Below are positions 54,553 through 64,000 of a stretch of DNA of 64,000 bases, piece after piece. Numbering within the stretch: position 1 is the first letter of the stretch; every line of letters begins with the position of its first letter. The translations under genes were made by a program, and so were the position numbers. The DNA is from Auanema rhodensis (taxonomy: Eukaryota; Animalia; Nematoda): contig OZ059894.1 in NCBI GenBank assembly GCA_964057225.1, positions 7,502,001 through 7,566,000 of the forward strand, read 5' to 3'. The notes beneath the pieces are model-generated. The model did no database searches. It was not told where the DNA came from and worked only from the letters and a program-made list of their open reading frames with translations.

Positions 54553-57389
54553 GGCCGAATGGTCTAGGGGTATGATTCTCGTTTTGGGTGCGAGAGGTCC
54601 CGGGTTCAAATCCCGGTTCGGCCCAAACTTTTGCTATCTTTTGTTTCAGAAACAGTTTTGATAATGCTTTCAGTTTCGGAACTTCTCTCACATCCTTTCT
54701 TTGGATATATTGTGATAAAAAGCTCCAAGGTTATGATTACGTTGTTTGGATGCATAAGGGATAGACGGCGGATCTCTTGTGAGATGATATTCTAGGAGAT
54801 AATGTGGCCGAATGGTCTAGGGGTATGATTCTCGCTTTGGGTGCGAGAGGTCCCGGGTTCAAATCCCGGTTCGGCCCAAATTTTTGCTATCTTTTGTTTC
54901 AGAAACAGTTTTGATAATGCTTTCAGTTTCGGAACTTCTCTCACATCCTCTCTTTGGATATATTGTGATAAAAAGCTCCAAGCTTATAATTACGTTGCTT
55001 GGATGCATAAGGGATAGACGGCAGATCTCTTGTGAGATGATATTCTAGGAGATAATGTGGCCGAATGGTCTAGGGGTATGATTCTCGCTTTGGGTGCGAG
55101 AGGTCCCGGGTTCAAATCCCGGTTCGGCCCAAACTTTTGCTATCTTTTGTTTCAGAAACAGTTTTGATAATGCTTTCAGTTTCGGAACTTCTCTCACATC
55201 CTTTCTTTGGATATATTCTGGAAAAAAGGTCTCTGCTTATGATTACGTTGTTTGGATGCATAAGGGATAGACGGCGGATCTCTTGTGAGATGATATTCTA
55301 GGTGATAATGTGGCCGAATGGTCTAGGGGTATGATTCTCGCTTTGGGTGCGAGAGGTCCCGGGTTCAAATCCCGGTTCGGCCCAAACTTTTGCTATCTTT
55401 TGTTTCAGAAACAGTTTTGATAATGCTTTCAGCTTCGGAACTTCTCTCACATCCTTTCTTTGGATATATTGTGATAAAAAGCTCCAAGCTTATAATTACG
55501 TTGTTTGGATGCATAAGGGATAGACGGCAGATCTCTTGTGAGATGATATTCTAGGAGATAATGTGGCCGAATGGTCTAGGGGTATGATTCTCGCTTTGGG
55601 TGCGAGAGGTCCCGGGTTCAAATCCCGGTTCGGCCCAAACTTTTGCTTTCTTTTGTTTCAGAAACAGTTTTGATAAAGCTTTCAGTTTCGGAACTTCTCT
55701 CAAATCCTTTCATTGGATATATTCTGGTAAAAAGGTCTAGGCTTATGGTTACGTTGTTTGGATGCATCAGGAATAGACGGCGGATCTCTTGTGAGATCAT
55801 ATTCTAGGAGATAATGTGGCCGAATGGTCTAGGGGTATGATTCTCGCTTTGGGTGCGAGAGGTCCCGGGTTCAAATCCCGGTTCGGCCCAAACTTTTGCT
55901 TTCTTTTGTTTCAGAAACAGTTTTGATAAAGCTTTCAGTTTCGGAACTTCTCTCAAATCCTTTCTTTGGATAATTTCCGGTAAAAAGGTCTAGGCTTATG
56001 GTTACGTTGTTTGGATGCATCAGGAATAGACGGCGGATCTCTTGTGAGATGATATTCTAGTAGATAATGTCGATTGGACATTGTTTCTTGGATATATTGT
56101 GATAAAAAGGTCCAAGCTTATGATTACGTTGTTCGGATGCATCAGGAATAGACGGCGGATCTCTTGTGAGATGATATTCTGGGAGATAATGTGGCCGAAT
56201 GGTCTAGGGGTATGATTCTCGCTTTGGGTGCGAGAGGTCCCGGGTTCAAATCCCGGTTCGGCCCAAAATTTTGCTTTCTTTTGTTTCAGAAACAGTTTTG
56301 ATAAAGCTTTCAGTTTCGGAACTTCTCTCAAATCCTTTCATTGGATATATTCTGGTAAAAAGGTCTAGGCTTATGGTTACGTTGTTTGGATGCATCAGGA
56401 ATAGACGGCGGATCTCTTGTGAGATCATATTCTAGGAGATAATGTGGCCGAATGGTCTAGGGGTATGATTCTCGCTTTGGGTGCGAGAGGTCCCGGGTTC
56501 AAATCCCGGTTCGGCCCAAAATTTTGCTTTCTTTTGTTTCAGAAACAGTTTTGATAAAGCTTTCAGTTTCGGAACTTCTCTCAAATCCTTTCTTTGGATA
56601 ATTTCCGGTAAAATGGTCTAGGCTTATGGTTACGTTGTTTGGATGCATCAGGAATAGACGGCGGATCTCTTGTGAGATGATATTCTAGGAGATAATGTCG
56701 ATTGGACATTGTTTCTTGGATATATTGTGATAAAAACCTCCAAGCTTATGATTACCGTGTTTGGATGCATCAGGAATAGTCGGCAGATCTCTTGTGAGAT
56801 CATATTCTAGGAGATAATGTCGATTGGACATTGTTTCTTGGATATATTGTGATAAAAAGGTCCGAGCTTATGATTACGTTGTTTGGATGCATAAGGGATA
56901 GACGGCGGATCTCTTGTGAGATGATATTCTAGGAGATAATGTGGCCGAATGGTCTAGGGGTATGATTCTCGCTTTGGGTGCGAGAGGTCCCGGGTTCAAA
57001 TCCCGGTTCGGCCCAAAATTTTGTTTTCTTTTATTTCAGAAACAGTTTTGATAAAGCTTTCAGTTTCGGAACTTCTCTCAAATCCTTTCTTTGGATAATT
57101 TCCGGTAAAAAGGTCTAGGCTTATGGTTACGTTGTTTAGATGCATCAGGAATAGACGGCGGATCTCTTGTGAGATGATATTCTAGGAGATAATGTCGATT
57201 GGACATTGTTTCTTGGATATATTGTGATAAAAAACTCCAAGCTTATGATTACCGTGTTTGGATGCATCAGGAATAGACGGCAGATCTCTTGTGAGATCAT
57301 ATTCTAGGAGATAATGTGGCCGAATGGTCTAGGGGTATGATTCTCGCTTTGGGTGCGAGAGGTCCCGGGTTCAAATCCCGGTTCGGCCC
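54553..57389 (+). tRNA. 10 tRNA-Pro(TGG) copies
   Basis: Starts 54553,54806,55059,55312,55565,55818,56193,56446,56943,57318. Confidence 0.93.
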
Positions 57390-57568
57390 AAACTTTTGCT
57401 TTCTTTTGTTTCAGAAACAGTTTTGATAAAGCTTTCAGTTTCGGAACTTCTCTCAAATCCTTTCTTTGGATAATTTCCGGTAAAAAGGTCTAGGCTTATG
57501 GTTACGTTGTTTGGATGCATAAGGTATAGACGGCGTTCTCTTGTGAGATGTTATTCTGGGAGATAATG

Positions 57569-60500
57569 TGTTCCATACGTGTCCTATAAGTAGAGCGATT
57601 GACAACGTCAATCGCTTATAAAACGGAACATTATAAAAACAAATAGCTGACGCTACATTTGAGAAACAGGAATTCAATGCAATAATGAACGAACACTTTT
57701 TCATATTAAGTTTAATTAAAGAAAGCCCAATTCAAGCGGAACCAAGTTCCGCAGACCTGATATAACCACTTTTTATGCTCGTAAGGAAAACTATATAAGG
57801 TTTCCTTACGAGTCCTTTGGGCTGCGACTAGGAATCATTATGTAATTTTTATTATTGTAATTTGTATACTTTATCATGAATAAACCTTTCTCTCTATACT
57901 CTTTATCATTTATATTTGGAAGAAAAGAAAGTAATTCCATGTGGTTACCCAGCCGGAACCCTGGGAACCACCATGGAACGTGGAGGTTCCGCCGAGATTC
58001 GTCTATAACCGACGAATCTCTAAGAACCATATTTCGCTACATAAATTTAGTTTTGTTGTCTTTCATACATCTAATTAAAGAATTATATTTCGATTATGCT
58101 ATATGAATTTAATTTGAAATCTTTCTCTTCTTTATTTCATTCATTCAAAGAACTTTATTTTGATTTTGATTCATAAATTAATACTGAAATCTTAGATACA
58201 TTTATTTAAAAAAATATATTTTGAAACAACTTAATTTTGAAATTTTATATTTATTCATTTAAAAGAAACATTTCGATTTTTATCCATATTCTAAGATCTT
58301 TCATTCATTTTTGAGGAAAAACTTTGTTTATAACTATCATAAATTAATTTGAAATTCTTTTATATTTATTCATTTAAAGAAAGGTATTTCGATATTTTTT
58401 TTCTGTCAATCTTTTCTTTTTCTGTTTTTTTTAATCAAAATCTATTCTATCTCTCATAAATTTTTGTTATAAAGTTTCAAACAATTTTTGAATCAAAAAT
58501 GAATTAATTTCTTTCATGAATCATCACAAAATTCATTGTTTTATATATATTAAAATTCATTAATTTCTATTCTATCCTTTAAAATGTATTACTCCTTTAT
58601 ATATATATATATATTTATGTACAAAACTATTCTATACTAGTACTATATTCCTACTATATTCCTACTATATTCCTATTTTATTTTTCTTTTATCTTCTTTT
58701 AAATTTTATCTTTTTCCCTCTCTTATTACTATTATTTTTTCTCTTCTTCCTAATATAACCCAGAAAACAGCCAAATAATTTTGAAATTTTTTATCTGAAT
58801 CCCGAACCTAAGATTTACAATTTTGCATTTTGATCCTAAAAGTAGCCCGTGAGAAGCAATACCAGATTATCTCGAGAACTGAGCGGAGGCAACCACTATT
58901 TTTGATATAAGACGTACGCATTCCTGATTTTGAAGATCCCTTTTTGGTCCTATTTTTGCAAATTTGAAAATTACGACAGAATTAGTCGAGAATGAAAGTG
59001 TTAGAGTGGTCTCACCATGAAAAATCAGGGGAGCAGAATTTCGTTAAGGGAGCGATTTCTGTGATTTTTCATAGGCAAGAGAAGTCTGGGAAAGTGAATG
59101 TACGAGGCGTGAGCACCTAATCTTGTCGAAAGACTGAAAGGGAATACTGCTTAGATCACCGTCGTATATTTCACGCCTATTCGAGAGATGGGAACTTGAT
59201 CCTAGAAAGGGCGCACCGGTCACAGGCCCGTGTATGTACCCGATTGAGCAATTCTCCGTTAGAAGATTCGCTGCAGGCTGGCCCCCTAGCAAGCGTCACG
59301 CATACAACCCCATATTGCCTCTCACGTTGTATATATATTTTTATAAGATTCGCATCGTTGGTATAATAATTTCCTTTCCAGGAAAACCAACAAGATGACG
59401 GACTCGAAGAGTAAAAAACCTCCGCAGGATAAAACAAATCCACAGAGCGCAGCCCCCCGTAATGATACGCACGTCGAGCCAGTACTCGAGCAGAATCAAA
59501 GAAAGAGAGGACCTCCAAATGTTTATGAGCCGGACACGAAGCGCCGACCTACTGCTGCAAAAAAAAACCACCCGCTATACCGGGTACCCCCGCGAAAAAA
59601 ATAGGCACAACAGCTATCAAAACTTCTCGCCACGCTATTACTCTTAGAAAAATTAAAACGTCTGTTAACAAACAAACTCCTAAACGCAATTCTAACGTTA
59701 TCAAAAGCTCTAGCTATGTTAGCACAAATACTTCCCCTTGTAAAGATTATTCTCAAATATCATTTTCATACCCAAATACTGCTATTCTTTCTTCTCCTCT
59801 TCCTCGAAATTCACCAAACTATCAGAGAAAATAGAAGAAAACGCAAGAAAAGAATTATATGAGGAACGGAAGAAGGAGCCACCCACAATTAAGAAATGGA
59901 GTTCAGCACTTAAATTGGCATTGGGATTAGAAGATAATTCCCCTACAACGCCAGCAAAACCTTATCATGTGCCGATAAGGTATCACAGCACCATACCAGT
60001 AACAGAGCCGAAGAAGAGAGTTTCGAAGAGTCAGATCCCGGACCCAAACTTCGTGGCACCAACAGTACCAGTCATCCATAAGAAAAGACCGTCAACAGTT
60101 ATTGGGACTACAAGTAAGAAGCTAGAACAATAGTAAAAATCCATAATTTCTATATAAAAATCACAAAAAGTATAATACCATTTTCATAATTTTCATAATT
60201 TTCATCTAAACTTGAACATATATTTTTTTTTTCTTCTCATTTAAGTAATACATAAAATTCTACACAAATTATTGTACATTTTTATTTTTTTCACTCTCAT
60301 AACAATATTGTATTAATAACAAAAATTTCAAAATAAAATTATACATCATACTTGGAATCTTTCAAAAATCACTGCAAAGTTTTAATTACCAATCTTCATC
60401 ACTTTTTCACCTAACTGATCAAAAAGGAGGCGACAAAAAGGAAGGAACAGACCGACCTAGTTTTAAAAGGATAAAAGGACAGAAAACAGTAACAAAGAAA

Positions 60501-61721
60501 ACAATGTCCACCCAACTTCCTGAAGCCGTCGAAATTCCCCTCATGATGGCCAAAAAGAGATGGCTTTCAATTCAACTATTAGTAAGAGAATTGAAGCAGC
60601 TAGGCGCCAATACCATCGCCAACCGCCCCAGAAAAGAGAAGATCCTGAAGGAGTTAGTTCAAGGACTAACAAGAGCGAACACCAGTACTGAAACGCTCAA
60701 AATCCTATGTTACCAATACGACAAGGATCAACTGTCGGAGGTTGACCACTGCATAGGACCATGGACCAACATAGCAGGAGTCATCCGAGATGCCATTGCT
60801 GAACTAAGGGACCAACTAGGTTATTCACCTAGTTGCGATTCACCAGTACAGCAGACACCAAACTGGATTATTGCCGAGACCCATTCGGCCTATCAAGAAT
60901 GGAGCCTGCAACATTGCAGCGAACTGCCATCCACAGAGGCAAGAAAAAGCATTATAAATGCTCTACAAATATTTCTGGCATCACCAGCAACCACCAAGGA
61001 AGAAATGGAAAGAAAAACGGATTTATGCAACAAGACTATGGATCTTCTCCACGACCTAGGATCATCACCATTACCAGAGATATACCAGTATTATGAAGAA
61101 GACTAAAAAGAACTTTTGAAAGATTCCCAGTATGATATATGATATATTATTTTGTAATTACATTGTTTTCCTTTTATTTTTTCTCATAAAATTGTTCTGT
61201 ATTATCAGTATTCTTTTATTTTTTGAAACATTTCATACAACTTTCACATTTGCATGGAATTTCACTTTCTCGATGTAGCTGAGGTCAGCTACTTTTTCGA
61301 TATTAGGCATGTTCCATACGTGTCCTATAAGTAGAGCGATTGACAACGTCAATCGCTTATAAAACGGAACATTATAAAAACAAATAGCTGACGCTACATT
61401 TGAGAAACAGGAATTCAATGCAATAATGAACGAACACTTTTTCATATTAAGTTTAATTAAAGAAAGCCCAATTCAAGCGGAACCAAGTTCCGCAGACCTG
61501 ATATAACCACTTTTTATGCTCGTAAGGAAAACTATATAAGGTTTCCTTACGAGTCCTTTGGGCTGCGACTAGGAATCATTATGTAATTTTTATTATTGTA
61601 ATTTGTATACTTTATCATGAATAAACCTTTCTCTCTATACTCTTTATCATTTATATTTGGAAGAAAAGAAAGTAATTCCATGTGGTTACCCAGCCGGAAC
61701 CCTGGGAACCACCATGGAACG
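57569..61721 (+). mobile_element. E3 second copy (from segmental duplication)
   Basis: Same as 45123-49275 at offset 12446, with the same TSD AATG and flanks; LTRs 57569-57980 and 61310-61721. Confidence 0.93.
60504..61106 (+). CDS. E3 hypothetical 200-aa protein, copy 2
   Basis: Identical translation to 48058-48660. Confidence 0.65.
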   Translation: MSTQLPEAVEIPLMMAKKRWLSIQLLVRELKQLGANTIANRPRKEKILKELVQGLTRANTSTETLKILCYQYDKDQLSEVDHCIGPWTNIAGVIRDAIAELRDQLGYSPSCDSPVQQTPNWIIAETHSAYQEWSLQHCSELPSTEARKSIINALQIFLASPATTKEEMERKTDLCNKTMDLLHDLGSSPLPEIYQYYEED

Positions 61722-61726
61722 AATGT

Positions 61727-63185
61727 GGCCGAATGGTCTAGGGGTATGATTCTCGCTTTGGGTGCGAGAGGTCCCGGGTTCAAATCCCGGTTCGGCCCAA
61801 AATTTTGCTTTCTTTTGTTTCAGAAACAGTTTTGATAAAGCTTTCAGTTTCGGAACTTCTCTCAAATCCTTTCTTTGGATAATTTCCGGTAAAAAGGTCT
61901 AGGCTTATGGTTACGTTGTTTGGATGCATCAGGAATAGACTGCGGATCTCTTGTGAGATGATATTCTAGGAGATAATGTCGATTGGACATTGTTTCTTGG
62001 ATATATTGTGATAAAAAGCTCCAAGCTTATGATTACGTTGTTTGGATGCATAAGGGATAGACGGCGGATCTCTTGTGAGATGATATTCTAGTAGATAATG
62101 TGGCCGAATGGTCTAGGGGTATGATTCTCGCTTTGGGTGCGAGAGGTCCCGGGTTCAAATCCCGGTTCGGCCCAAAATTTTGTTTTCTCTTATTTCAGAA
62201 ACAGTTTTGATAAAGCTTTCAGTTTCGGAACTTCTCTCAAATCCTTTCTTTGGATAATTTCCGTTAAAAAGGTCTAGGCTTATGGTTACGTTGTTTAGAT
62301 GCATCAGGAATAGACGGCGGATCTCTTGTGAGATGATATTCTAGGAGATAATGTGGCCAAATGGTCTAGGGGTATGATTCTCGTTTTGGGTGCGAGAGGT
62401 CCCTGGTTCAAATCCCGGTTCGGCCCAAACTTTTGCTATCTTTTGTTTAAGAAAAAGTTTTGATAATGCTTTCAGTTTCGGAACTTCTCTCACATCCTTT
62501 CTTTGGATATATTCTGGTAAAAAGGTCTAGGCTTATGATTACGTTGTTTGGATGCATAAGGGATAGACGGCGGATCTCTTGTGAGATGATATTCTAGTAG
62601 ATAATGTGGCCGAATGGTCTAGGGGTATGATTCTCGCTTTGGGTGCGAGAGGTCCCGGGTTCAAATCCCGGTTCGGCCCAAAATTTTGTTTTCTCTTATT
62701 TCAGAAACAGTTTTGATAAAGCTTTCAGTTTCGGAACTTCTCTCAAATCCTTTCTTTGGATAATTTCCGGTAAAAAGGTCTAGGCTTATGGTTACGTTGT
62801 TTAGATGCATCAGGAATAGACGGCGGATCTCTTGTGAGATGATATTCTAGGAGATAATGTGGCCAAATGGTCTAGGGGTATGATTCTCGTTTTGGGTGCG
62901 AGAGGTCCCTGGTTCAAATCCCGGTTCGGCCCAAACTTTTGCTATCTTTTGTTTAAGAAAAAGTTTTGATAATGCTTTCAGTTTCGGAACTTCTCTCACA
63001 TCCTTTCTTTGGATATATTCTGGTAAAAAGGTCTAGGCTTATGATTACGTTGTTTGGATGCATAAGGGATAGACCGCGGATCTCTTGTGAGATGATATTC
63101 TAGGAGATAATGTGGCCGAATGGTCTAGGGGTATAATTCTCGCTTTGGGTGCGAGAGGTCCCGGGTTCAAATCCCGGTTCGGCCC
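61727..63185 (+). tRNA. 6 tRNA-Pro(TGG) copies (duplicate of 49281-50739)
   Basis: Starts 61727,62102,62355,62608,62861,63114. Confidence 0.9.
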
Positions 63186-63258
63186 AAACTTTTGCTATCT
63201 TTTGTTTCAGAAACAGTTTCGATAATGCTTTCAGTTTCGGAACTTCTCTCACATCCTT

Positions 63259-64000
63259 CGTTCCGTTATGCTCCTGCGTCGATAATATAAACCATTGTAG
63301 TTTATACTATGACGCGCATAGTATTCCTTGGTGTAACGGTAAGGAATAAAGAGCATAAGGTCAATCATAAGATAAAAGAGAGAAAGATTTATTAGCATGA
63401 AATTACAACAATAATATACAAAGATAAAGATACAATACAATAAGATAAATATAAGTATAAAGGCTAAACTACAAGCCGTCCATGAGCTTGCTAAGAGGCG
63501 AACTCCCGACCAAGGGAACGAGGGAAGGCGGAGCCATTCATAAGCTTGGAGCTTTTTATCACAATATATCCAAAGAAAGGATGTGAGAGAAGTTCCGAAA
63601 CTTTCCTCGGTCCTCTGGTCGTCTGGCTCTAACCCTTCAGCTACATATATGGGGAGTCCGAATGGAACGTGCCCTTTTTCAAGGATTTTTCGCGTCCGCG
63701 CGATATAAAGAGTTTTTAGTGTATATGTAGCTGAGTTTTAGAGTCTAGGAGTTTACAAATAAAATTAAAAGTTTTAAAATCTACATGTAGAAAGATATAT
63801 AAATAGTTTTAATAGGTTTCTTTATAGTATTAAGATAGAATTTGAATACAATAATAGGTTTTATGTTATTTTGTAACGGAGGATTAGAAAATAAATTTGG
63901 TCATTGTAGTACTGTAATAAAAAAAAATTCTTTGTTTCATGGATGTATGATTTATGTGAGACAATAAGGAATTATCAAACATTTTGGGTACATGGTTACT
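63259..64000 (-). mobile_element. E4 second copy, truncated by the window end (3' LTR 63259-63669)
   Basis: Same as 50813 onward at offset 12446, including the 66-bp insert. Confidence 0.92.

Noticed and set aside
63-56428. Dozens of 60-130-aa minus-strand ORFs (MISQEIRR..., MREVPKLK...)
   Set aside because: Antisense translations of the tRNA repeat unit; they open and close with spacer SNPs and show no coding signature

Overview
AT-rich eukaryotic DNA, probably nematode (inferred from the tRNA-Pro sequence style; not verified). The backbone is a head-to-tail array of about 92 tRNA-Pro(TGG) genes on the + strand, built from a 253-bp tRNA unit and a 122-bp tRNA-less subrepeat. Four different LTR elements interrupt the array. 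All have 4-bp TSDs, a tRNA-Gln-type PBS (TGGAGGTTCC[A/G]CC) and LTRs ending in CG rather than CA. E1 (1233-11356) and E2 (12365-23881) are intact, young Ty3/gypsy-like elements. Each has one long ORF ordered Gag - internal signal peptide - gB-like class III envelope glycoprotein - TM - late-domain motifs - PR - RT - RNase H - IN, i.e. a gag-env-pol polyprotein. It appears to initiate upstream of its first AUG, behind a highly structured leader. E3 (45123-49275) is a non-autonomous element carrying orphan ORFs, inserted 1 nt before a tRNA. E4 (50813-54440, - strand) is a deletion derivative of an E2 relative; its 3' LTR contains an inverted copy of its own empty target site. The E3/E4 block is tandemly duplicated (offset 12446 bp).
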